In this document: positions 30,358 through 38,310 of the stretch, piece after piece
Layout: every line of letters starts with the position of its first letter
How positions within the stretch are numbered: position 1 is the first letter of the stretch
Source of the DNA: Candidatus Omnitrophota bacterium
GTDB lineage: Bacteria; Omnitrophota; Gorgyraeia; B26-G9
Assembly (NCBI GenBank): GCA_043814605.1
Contig: JBDRJV010000005.1
Span: forward strand, 11,453-75,452
DNA: 64,000 nt
Reading direction: 5' to 3'
Program-made: the position numbers and the translations under genes
Notes under the pieces: model-generated
The model's input: only the letters and a program-made list of their open reading frames with translations
The model's database searches: none
Told to the model about the DNA's origin: nothing

Positions 30358-31383
30358 ATGTTAAAAGAGGCGTTATTTTGGGATAAGCTTATTGGGGATA
30401 GTGTGCAGTGTGAATTATGTATGCGCAAATGTATTATTGATAGCGGAAAAATTGGCTGGTGCCAGGGGCGGTTAAATCAGGATGGGAAATTATATTCCTT
30501 AAATTATGGTAAAATTGCTTCTTTAAGTGTTTCGGCTATTGAAAAAAAACCGATGTTTCATTTTTTTCCTGGGACACGCTGGCTTTCAATTGGTAGTCTG
30601 GGTTGTAATTTTCGTTGCCAAGGTTGTTTGTCTTGGGATATAACGCATTGCGATATTAAAAAGAAAATAAATACAACACCATTCTTAACTCCGGAAATGG
30701 TGGTAAAAAAAGCCAAAAATAATGGATGTAAAGGAATCGCATTTACCTATAATGAGCCTACGGTATGGTTTGAATTTACGCTTGATGTTTGTAAGTTAGC
30801 TAAAGAAGCTGGATTATCAACTTGTTATGTGACAAATGGGTATATGTGTGCTGATGTTTTAGATATGATTGCTCCTTATTTAGATGGTTTCTGTTTGGAT
30901 ATTAAAGGTGCTTTTATGGAAAGTTATGATAGGATTGCAGATGCTACGGATATCAATATGATATTTAGTAACGGCAGTGATGCTAAACGCAAGCATGCAA
31001 TGCACATTGAAGTAGTAACTAATATTATTCCGGGTTATAATTCTAATGAAAAAGAATTGAAAGAAATTGCCGATTGGATTTTTGCAGAATTAGGCAAAGA
31101 TACGCCCTGGCACTTAACCCGATTTTTTCCCTACGGAGAATTAAAAGAAATTGCTCCGACACCGCTGGGATTATTAGAAAATACCCGGGAAATGGCGAAA
31201 AGAGAAGGGCTCTTTTATGTTTATATAAGTAATATCCCAGGGCATGAAGCAGCGTATACTTTTTGTCAAAAATGTAAAAAACCGGTTATAAAAAGAAAAG
31301 AATATGATGAAATAGAAAGTAAACTTAAAGAAGGACGCTGTCCGCATTGCAAGTCATTGATTTTTGGGATATTCCCTTATTGA
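30358..31383 (+). CDS. AmmeMemoRadiSam-type radical SAM enzyme (PFL-activase-like)
   Basis: N-terminal Cys-rich region CELCMRKC ... GWCQGR, then IEKKPMFHFFPGT, then a radical SAM CNFRCQGC motif. ATG follows the ligase stop and a G6 ribosome-binding site by 1 nt. Confidence 0.65.
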   Translation: MLKEALFWDKLIGDSVQCELCMRKCIIDSGKIGWCQGRLNQDGKLYSLNYGKIASLSVSAIEKKPMFHFFPGTRWLSIGSLGCNFRCQGCLSWDITHCDIKKKINTTPFLTPEMVVKKAKNNGCKGIAFTYNEPTVWFEFTLDVCKLAKEAGLSTCYVTNGYMCADVLDMIAPYLDGFCLDIKGAFMESYDRIADATDINMIFSNGSDAKRKHAMHIEVVTNIIPGYNSNEKELKEIADWIFAELGKDTPWHLTRFFPYGELKEIAPTPLGLLENTREMAKREGLFYVYISNIPGHEAAYTFCQKCKKPVIKRKEYDEIESKLKEGRCPHCKSLIFGIFPY

Positions 31384-31450
31384 TTTTTAGAGTTTTTTAA
31401 GCAGCATCAAAAAGGTGAGTTAATTTTGTGAGTAACGAATATAAGTTACT

Positions 31451-32221
31451 ATGGCAAATATGATAAAAACCCCAGCCAGCGATAATATCATGCCACAGCG
31501 GGTAAATAAAAATGTCCATTTTTTTAATAAATCTCAGACTCAAAAATCAAATAAAAAATTTAGCCAGATTTATCAAAAATTATACTCGAATTACGGGGCT
31601 CAGTATTGGTGGCCGGCAAAAACCAAGATTGAAATGATTGTCGGGGCGGTATTAACCCAAAATACAGCATGGAGTAATGTTGAATTAGCGATTAAAAATT
31701 TAAAACAAGTGCAGGGTTTAAGTATTAAGACGTTAAAAAAAATAAAACTAGGTGATCTAGCAAATTTAATTAGGCCTTCCGGCTATTATAATTTAAAAGC
31801 TATACGCATTAAAAATTTTATTAAATTTTTAATGGTAAAATATTCTGGTTCTTTAAAATTAATGTGTAAACAACCAACTAAAAATTTACGTGAACAATTG
31901 CTTTCCGTAAATGGTTTGGGCCCAGAAACAGTAGATTGTATTTTGCTTTATGCGGGCCGAAAACGAGTTTTTGTTGTGGATGCATATACCCGGCGAATTT
32001 TTGACTGCCAGGGATTAATTAACCGTACGGATCGTTATGAGGAAATTCAAAAGCAGATAATGTTCAATTTGCCTCGCAGTATAAAAATTTATAATCAGTT
32101 TCATGCTTTAATCGTGGCTCTGGGAAAGAATATCTGCCGCAAGCGGAATCCGCTTTGTCCGCAGTGCCTGCTTTTGGCAGGACGGAAAAAAAAGAAGACA
32201 TATGCCGATAAAAAAATTTAA
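31451..32221 (+). CDS. endonuclease III-like HhH-GPD DNA glycosylase
   Basis: HhH-GPD core (NGLGPETVDCILLYAGR ... VDAYTRRI) and a C-terminal Cys cluster CRKRNPLCPQC. Confidence 0.6.
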   Translation: MANMIKTPASDNIMPQRVNKNVHFFNKSQTQKSNKKFSQIYQKLYSNYGAQYWWPAKTKIEMIVGAVLTQNTAWSNVELAIKNLKQVQGLSIKTLKKIKLGDLANLIRPSGYYNLKAIRIKNFIKFLMVKYSGSLKLMCKQPTKNLREQLLSVNGLGPETVDCILLYAGRKRVFVVDAYTRRIFDCQGLINRTDRYEEIQKQIMFNLPRSIKIYNQFHALIVALGKNICRKRNPLCPQCLLLAGRKKKKTYADKKI

Positions 32222-32483
32222 ATGCGATAGCTGCGGTTTAGAATTTAATAAACAGCAAAAGTATTGTGCAAAGATAGAATTGTTTGCTAATCCGCAGGTA
32301 GAATTAAGCGAAAATGATTTGAAGCAGAACACGCGCCAGAAGATTAATGAAATCATCCAGGCAGCAAAAAATATTGATGTTAATAAGCTTGAAGAAGATG
32401 TGTATATTTGTTATCATTTAAACTTGTGTAAAAGGTGCCGGGACGTTTTTTTGCAGCGCCTGAAACTCAAGGAATTTATATAA
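32202..32483 (+). CDS. FmdB-family zinc-ribbon protein
   Basis: The MPIKKFKCDSCGLEF N-terminus matches the FmdB MPxYEYxCxxCGxxFE pattern; a C-terminal CKRC is present. Confidence 0.45.
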   Translation: MPIKKFKCDSCGLEFNKQQKYCAKIELFANPQVELSENDLKQNTRQKINEIIQAAKNIDVNKLEEDVYICYHLNLCKRCRDVFLQRLKLKEFI

Positions 32484-32484
32484 T

Positions 32485-33237
32485 ATGAGAATTTTATTAA
32501 CAAATGATGATGGAATTAATGCCGAGGGTCTTTATGCTTTATATGATTGTTTACATAAGAATCATGATGTAATTGTCTGTGCGCCGGAAGCCGAACGCAG
32601 TGCGGTCGGGCACGCAATAACTTTAAGCAAGCCGCTAAGGGTGAAAAAAATTTTAAGAAATAAAAAATTTTTCGGGTTTGCAGTTAATGGCACACCGGCT
32701 GATTGTGTAAAAATTGCACTGCGTAGTCTTTTAAAAAAAACACCGCAATTAATAGTTTCGGGAATAAATCACGGTCCCAATTTAGGATCGGATATAATGT
32801 ATTCCGGTACAGTATCTGCGGCAACGGAAGGGACAATTTTAGGGATTCCTTCAATTGCATTTTCCTTGGCTGCATATGAAAATCATAATTTTAGTTTTGC
32901 TGCTGAGTTTTCACGAGTGTTAGTGAAAAAAATTGCTAAAATTGGTTTGCCGGACGGCGTATTGTTAAATGTAAATATCCCGGGTATTCCCAGAAGTGAA
33001 ATACGCGGGGTTAAGGTAACAAAACAAGGGCGCTCATTATATGTAGAAAAATTTGTAAAAAGGATTGATCCGCGAGGCCGTTTGTATTATTGGCTAACCG
33101 GAAAAGTAAAATGGTTGAAAAAACCCAAAGATTCTGATATAAAAGCAATTGAAGATAATTTTATTTCAATTACACCCTTACAATTTGATTTAACCCATTA
33201 TGGTTTTTTGGAAGAACTAAGAAAATTGATTTTATAG
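32485..33237 (+). CDS. surE: 5'/3'-nucleotidase SurE
   Basis: MRILLTNDDGINAEGL and GINHGPNLG motifs. Confidence 0.9.
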   Translation: MRILLTNDDGINAEGLYALYDCLHKNHDVIVCAPEAERSAVGHAITLSKPLRVKKILRNKKFFGFAVNGTPADCVKIALRSLLKKTPQLIVSGINHGPNLGSDIMYSGTVSAATEGTILGIPSIAFSLAAYENHNFSFAAEFSRVLVKKIAKIGLPDGVLLNVNIPGIPRSEIRGVKVTKQGRSLYVEKFVKRIDPRGRLYYWLTGKVKWLKKPKDSDIKAIEDNFISITPLQFDLTHYGFLEELRKLIL

Positions 33238-33242
33238 GATAG

Positions 33243-33617
33243 ATGAGCATGAAATCACAAGAAGACTTGATCAGTGTTTTAAATGGTATTTGTCAAAAAG
33301 ATTTAAGGTATAAACTTGATGCATATACTTTTGTTCTTGCGGGATTAAACTATACAATGGAAAAATTAAATCGCCAAGGTCATTTAAGCGGAGCAGAGCT
33401 TTCTCAGGGGTTAAGGGAATATGCGTTAGAACTATACGGGCGAATGGCTAAAACAGTCCTGGAACATTGGGGTGTAGAAAACACCATTGATTTTGGGATA
33501 ATTGTTTTTAATATGGTGGATTCAGGAGTGTTGGGAAAAACAGATAATGACAAAATTGATGATTTTAAAAACCAATTTGATTTTAAAAAAGTTTTTGAAG
33601 ATGAATTTAGCTGCTAG
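33243..33617 (+). CDS. hypothetical protein
   Basis: The ORF is tightly spaced after surE; no recognised domain. Confidence 0.35.
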   Translation: MSMKSQEDLISVLNGICQKDLRYKLDAYTFVLAGLNYTMEKLNRQGHLSGAELSQGLREYALELYGRMAKTVLEHWGVENTIDFGIIVFNMVDSGVLGKTDNDKIDDFKNQFDFKKVFEDEFSC

Positions 33618-33661
33618 GTGATATTTGTTTTTGGAAAACAGGTAAATAGTTTTTAAAAGCA

Positions 33662-33690
33662 TTGAAAAATAATCAAGACTGTGGTATAAT
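33662..33690 (+). promoter_or_regulatory. consensus sigma70 promoter TTGAAA-17-TATAAT driving a non-coding transcript
   Basis: TTGAAA at 33662-33667 and TATAAT at 33685-33690 with exact 17-nt spacing; no ORF follows. Confidence 0.55.
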
Positions 33691-33696
33691 TTTAAA

Positions 33697-34037
33697 TGAA
33701 GCCGATAAAGGCAAACCTGTCCTGAATGAGATTCTCTATTTAATGAAATTTAGGACTCTGACGACAAATAAGGTTTATTGTGTCTATCAGAGCTGAAAAG
33801 CAGGGGCGTCCTCCCATTTGAGAAGTAGAGTTCGCAGTGGTGGACCTTGAAAATGATAATTTATTTTTGATTTTTCAGGGCAAAACTTCAGGCCTAAAGT
33901 GGTTATAGTGACTGCAGTCGTTTTTCTAGTTTCCAGTAACCCATCTGGAAGAGAAATAATTAAGCTTAGACTGTAGTGGGTGATAAGCGCAATGGTGGCT
34001 GAGTTGCCGGAAGAAGAGTACCTTTATCGGCTTTCAT
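33697..34037 (+). ncRNA. candidate ~340-nt structured RNA with terminal helix, family unassigned
   Basis: The 5' sequence GAAGCCGATAAAGG (33698-33711) is complementary to CCTTTATCGGCTT (34021-34033). Internal hairpins are visible (GTCCT/AGGAC, CCAG/CTGG), a U-rich tract follows, and no ORF is present. RNase P, tmRNA and SRP consensus motifs were not found. Confidence 0.35.
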
Positions 34038-34238
34038 ATCAGATTTCTTTTTAACCAATCTTTATATTCTTTTTTCTCCTTAGATTATCTAATCTCAGCT
34101 CATCTTATCTTATCTCATATTAATAAGTTAATGCATAAATAACCAAAATAAAAATCAGGTATGTTTTACTTGCGTCTGGCTATTTGTAAGCTGGATATTT
34201 TTTACTTCTCACATTGATATATTAATGTGCTTAAAGTA

Positions 34239-34268
34239 TTGTTCAAGCTGACTAAACTGTGCTATAAT
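34239..34268 (+). promoter_or_regulatory. sigma70-like promoter with extended -10 (TGcTATAAT) for the pseudopilin gene
   Basis: TTGTTC at 34239-34244, 18-nt spacer, TGC-TATAAT at 34260-34268. The ATG at 34278 is only about 8-10 nt downstream, implying a leaderless or near-leaderless mRNA. Confidence 0.4.
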
Positions 34269-34277
34269 TTTTATACT

Positions 34278-34733
34278 ATGAAAATGAATAAAGCGTTTAC
34301 AATAATCGAATTAATTGTTGTCCTGGGTATAATCTGTTTGATTTTAGGCCTGACTACAGCACATTTTTTTAATTTTAAGACAGCGAGTGCGTTAAAAATT
34401 GAGGCTTTAAATATTCTTAGTGTTTTAAATCAGGCAAGATCATTGGCAATTACAAACCAGGAAAATTATAAAGTTGTTTTTGATCTTATTAATAATAAGT
34501 TTGTGATCAAGGATAATTTAGATGTAAACGTGGAAATAGAAAAAAATCTCAATAATGGGATCAGTATTGACCGGACCACATTTAGTATGGATACAGTTAT
34601 TTTTAATGCCCAAGGCGGCTTATCCGGAGCTCGGGGTAAAATTTTTATTAAAAATAGCGCGAATAAATTTTATACAATAAATATTGAAAATACGACCGGG
34701 AGAATTAAGATTTATAATTTTGAACAGACGTGA
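34278..34733 (+). CDS. prepilin-type N-terminal cleavage/methylation domain protein (GspH/FimT-like pseudopilin)
   Basis: MKMNKA|FTIIELIVVLGIICLILGL is a class III signal peptide; -1 is Ala rather than Gly. The upstream extension from GTG 34227 was rejected. Confidence 0.7.
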   Translation: MKMNKAFTIIELIVVLGIICLILGLTTAHFFNFKTASALKIEALNILSVLNQARSLAITNQENYKVVFDLINNKFVIKDNLDVNVEIEKNLNNGISIDRTTFSMDTVIFNAQGGLSGARGKIFIKNSANKFYTINIENTTGRIKIYNFEQT

Positions 34734-36064
34734 AAAAAATACTTTTGATTAACCCCTGGATTCATGATTTTGCCGCCTATGATTTATGGATGTATCCTTT
34801 AGGGCTTTTAAACATTGCCGCTTTATGTAAACAGCCTCAAATTGAAATTAATTTTATTGATTTTTTAGACCGCTTTGAACCAAGTTGTAAAATTACCCAA
34901 CGTGATAAATCCCCCACGGCCATTTTTGGTACCGGGCATTTTCTTAAACAGGAAATTAATAAACCGAAAGTTATTTCTACGGTTAATCGTAAGTTTTTTC
35001 GCTACGGTTTACCGGAAAATATACTGCAAAAAAAATTAACGCTATTTAATCCAGATTTAATTTTAGTAACATCCGGAATGACTTATTGGTATGAGGGGGT
35101 TAAGCAAACAATAAATTTTCTCCAAAAATATTATGGAAAATGCCCGATAGTTTTAGGGGGGATTTATGCAACATTAATTCCCGAACATGCCCGGACCCAG
35201 ACAAAAGCGGATCAGGTTTTTATCGGGGGCAATAAGCAAGAGATTATTCAGCTGATCAATAGTTTGCTTAAGATTAATATCCCTTTTGAAAAAAATAAAT
35301 GTTTATTTCCGGAATTAAGTTTATTAAGCAATAAAAAAGCCTTGCCAGTATTTACTGGTTTCGGGTGTCCCTATAGATGTACATATTGCGCATCTAAAAA
35401 AATCTTTCCGGAATTTAAACAAAAAGAGCCAAAAAATATAATTAATCAAATTGAGTTTTGTGTGAGAAATTTCAAAACAAAGGATTTTGTTTTTTATGAT
35501 GATGCATTACTGGTAAATCCGGACCGTGTAATTAAACCCCTGTTAAGAAAAATTGTAAAAAAGAAACTGGGAATACGTTTTCATACCCCGAACGGATTGC
35601 ACGCAAGATTCATTGATTTAGAATTAGCAGAATTAATGTATGCATCTAATTTTAAAACAATCCGTCTTTCTTTAGAGTCAACTGCAGCTAATTTGCAACA
35701 AAAAAGTGATTATAAAATTACTAATCAAGAATTAAAAACAGCAGTAAAGCTGCTTTTTAAAGCTGGTTTTAGAAAACCGGAAGTTGGTGTGTATACTTTG
35801 TTTGGGTTTCCCGAGCAGACACAAGCAGCGATAAAAAATGATATTGATTTTGTTTATTCATTAGGGGCTCAGATTAAATTGTCCAGTTATGCTTTAGTTC
35901 CTAAAACTCAGGAATGGGATAATGCTGTTAAAAATAATTTTATTAAAAGAGATACAGATCCTTTACTCTTAAGTCATACAGTATTTCCACTATTATTTGC
36001 CGGGTTTAAAGAACAAGATATCAGAACCATACGCAGGTATGCAGTGAGCTTAAATAAAAAATAA
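34730..36064 (+). CDS. B12-binding domain radical SAM protein (class B rSAM)
   Basis: N-terminal cobalamin-binding Rossmann-like region, then a CPYRCTYC radical SAM motif. GTG start overlaps the pseudopilin stop (GTGA). Confidence 0.75.
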   Translation: MKKILLINPWIHDFAAYDLWMYPLGLLNIAALCKQPQIEINFIDFLDRFEPSCKITQRDKSPTAIFGTGHFLKQEINKPKVISTVNRKFFRYGLPENILQKKLTLFNPDLILVTSGMTYWYEGVKQTINFLQKYYGKCPIVLGGIYATLIPEHARTQTKADQVFIGGNKQEIIQLINSLLKINIPFEKNKCLFPELSLLSNKKALPVFTGFGCPYRCTYCASKKIFPEFKQKEPKNIINQIEFCVRNFKTKDFVFYDDALLVNPDRVIKPLLRKIVKKKLGIRFHTPNGLHARFIDLELAELMYASNFKTIRLSLESTAANLQQKSDYKITNQELKTAVKLLFKAGFRKPEVGVYTLFGFPEQTQAAIKNDIDFVYSLGAQIKLSSYALVPKTQEWDNAVKNNFIKRDTDPLLLSHTVFPLLFAGFKEQDIRTIRRYAVSLNKK

Positions 36065-36204
36065 AAGTTCTAAGTTATAGTATCTTTGAACTGTAATAAT
36101 TTGGATATAAAAGTTAGATTTTCGAGTCACTTCATTTAATTGAAAAAATAGTAAGAATATGATAAGCTCAAACAATTAGAGGAGTTAAAGAAAGGGAGAA
36201 TATC

Positions 36205-36525
36205 ATGATTAGTCTTGAAGAATTTAAGAAAATAGAATTAAGAGTAGCGAAAATTAAAGAAGTTTCGGATCATCCGGATGCAGATAAATTACTAGTACTT
36301 AAAATTGAAGTAGGAGAAGAGCTAAAGCAGATTGTTGCCGGGATTAAACTGCATTACTCAAAAGAAGAGTTAGTTGATAAGCAAATTGTTATCGTAAATA
36401 ATCTTGAACCTGTTATTATAAGAGGACAAGAAAGCCAGGGTATGCTGTTGGCTGCATCAGATGAAAATACTCTTACATTAATAACACCGGAAAAAAGAAT
36501 CAGTTGCGGGGCTTTTGTAAAATAA
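36205..36525 (+). CDS. tRNA-binding (EMAP/Myf) domain protein, CsaA/YgjH-like
   Basis: LRVAKIKEVSDHPDADKLLVLKIEVGEE OB-fold tRNA-binding domain, 106 aa. Confidence 0.75.
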   Translation: MISLEEFKKIELRVAKIKEVSDHPDADKLLVLKIEVGEELKQIVAGIKLHYSKEELVDKQIVIVNNLEPVIIRGQESQGMLLAASDENTLTLITPEKRISCGAFVK

Positions 36526-36572
36526 CTTTTCTAAAGCTATAAAAATAAAATTTTACTAGTTTGTTAAAATTA

Positions 36573-36601
36573 TTGACTAAACATAAATTATTATGTATAC
36601 T
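36573..36601 (+). promoter_or_regulatory. consensus-like sigma70 promoter TTGACT-17-TATACT upstream of the second secretin / EPS locus
   Basis: TTGACT at 36573-36578 and TATACT at 36596-36601 with exact 17-nt spacing, then GGAGAGGG before the GTG at 36634. Confidence 0.5.
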
Positions 36602-36633
36602 ATAATTAATTATATTAATAATGGAGAGGGATC

Positions 36634-38124
36634 GTGGTCAAAAAAAAAGGATTTTTTTTCCTTACAATTAGTGTAATTCTTTTCTTTATCTGCATTCCTT
36701 TTGTATTTTCAGCGGAAAAACTCATTACTATTGAAGCAGAAAATACAGAAATTGCTGCAGTTATTAAAGCTATTGCAAAACAAGCCGGAATCAATCATGT
36801 AATTACGAACAATGTTATCGGTCAGGTAACATTAGCGCTGGAAAATGTGGCTGTAACCGATGCATTAGATGCAGTATTAAAACCAAATAATTATATGTAT
36901 TTTATAGAACAAGGCATTCTAAATGTTTATTCTAATGTGGACTTAAAACAAAATGAACGCTTTGCTCAAATTAAAACTAAGGTCTATACTCTTAACTATG
37001 CAGATGTTTTAGATTTACAGAGAGCTTTGCTTTCCATGAAATCTCCGCGCGGCCGGATCGAACTCAATGAAAAAGCAAATCAAATAATCATTAGTGATAC
37101 CCAGGAAAAGATCGATGAATTTGAAATTGCTTTGCAAAGATTAGATCAGGAAGAAGTTGTCAAGAAATTCAAATTAGTTTTTGCTAATGCCCAGGATATC
37201 AGAGATAAATTAAGACAGTTTATTTCTGAAAAAAAAGGTAAGGTTTTTGTGGATAGCCGTACCAATAGTATTGTGGTTAAGGCAACGCCGATTATTCTCA
37301 AAGATGTTGATGAATTAATTAACGGCTGGGATGTAAAGAGTAAGCAAGTGCTGATTGAAGCTAAAATTTTTCAGGTAACTTTGGATGACACGGAAAAAAC
37401 GGGTATTGATTGGGAATATGTAAAAGGTAAATATGATTTACATACTAATTTTTCGCAGAGTGTTACCACCGGCGGAGTATTTCAAGTAGGGGCTTTAAAC
37501 CGCCGAAATTATAAAGCAATATTAGAATTTCTTCAATCAACAACAGATACCGATGTTCTTTCCTCACCCCGGATTGTGGTTATGGATGGTAAAGAAGCCA
37601 GTATCCTGGTGGGAAGCAGTGAGCCATATACGGTTCAGCAAAAAGATGTAGATACTGGATTAATTACCACAGAGACGAAATTTCTGGATGTAGGTATTAA
37701 ATTAAATGTTACACCCCAAATAACCGAAGATAATTTTGTGATCATGAAGATACATCCGGAAGTTAGTTCGGCACGGCGTGTGGCTGAGGTGGATAATGCT
37801 TTAGCTATTGATACAACAGAAGCAGATACAACAATGATGGTTCAGGATGGGGATACAGTTATTCTGGGAGGACTGATTAAGGATTCCGATGTGACTACAG
37901 TTAACAAACTGCCGATTCTCGGGGATATCCCGGTTTTAGGGTTGTTCTTTAAAAGTAATTCAGTGACAAAAGTTAAACAGGAAATAATTGTTTTTATTAC
38001 GCCGCATATATCTAATTTGGATAATAATTTTGAGGTAATGCTTGATGAGGCTAAAAGAGTAGAAGAATTAACAAAAAGAAGTATACAGCTAAGACAAGAA
38101 ATTGATGAGCAGTCTTTTGAATAA
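36634..38124 (+). CDS. type II/IV secretion-system secretin (PilQ/GspD family), second paralog
   Basis: Secretin C-domain (VLSSPRIVVMDGKEASILVG ... VILGGLIKD ... LPILGDIPVLGLFF ... IIVFITPHI) and N0-like domains. GTG start. Confidence 0.85.
   Translation: MVKKKGFFFLTISVILFFICIPFVFSAEKLITIEAENTEIAAVIKAIAKQAGINHVITNNVIGQVTLALENVAVTDALDAVLKPNNYMYFIEQGILNVYSNVDLKQNERFAQIKTKVYTLNYADVLDLQRALLSMKSPRGRIELNEKANQIIISDTQEKIDEFEIALQRLDQEEVVKKFKLVFANAQDIRDKLRQFISEKKGKVFVDSRTNSIVVKATPIILKDVDELINGWDVKSKQVLIEAKIFQVTLDDTEKTGIDWEYVKGKYDLHTNFSQSVTTGGVFQVGALNRRNYKAILEFLQSTTDTDVLSSPRIVVMDGKEASILVGSSEPYTVQQKDVDTGLITTETKFLDVGIKLNVTPQITEDNFVIMKIHPEVSSARRVAEVDNALAIDTTEADTTMMVQDGDTVILGGLIKDSDVTTVNKLPILGDIPVLGLFFKSNSVTKVKQEIIVFITPHISNLDNNFEVMLDEAKRVEELTKRSIQLRQEIDEQSFE
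36640..36659. repeat. A9 and T8 homopolymer tracts within the first 9 codons of the secretin gene
   Basis: GTGGTC AAAAAAAAA GG A TTTTTTTT CC, read directly from the sequence. Confidence 0.9.
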
Positions 38125-38310
38125 ATAGAAATTTAAAAAGGTAGCAGGCCTTTATTAAAAATAGATAAGCGCAGTTATGTCGTACTGTTTTTATTTTTTT
38201 AAGCAACGTATAACCAGATCATATTTTAATAAAATGCAGTTGGTAATTTCCCTGAAAGCTAGGAAATAAGTTAAAAAATAATATATCAATGAGGAGATTT
38301 ATAATTTTCC

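Noticed and set aside
33697-34037. Tried to classify the promoter-driven RNA as RNase P RNA, tmRNA, SRP RNA or 6S RNA.
   Set aside because: I found no GGAAAGUCCGG/AGGGCA/ACAGAARCCGGCUUA RNase P motifs, no tmRNA T-arm (GGUUCGAnUCC) or tag reading frame, and no SRP domain IV (GGAAG...AGCAGCC...GGCAG). The size of about 340 nt is too long for 6S. It is left unassigned.
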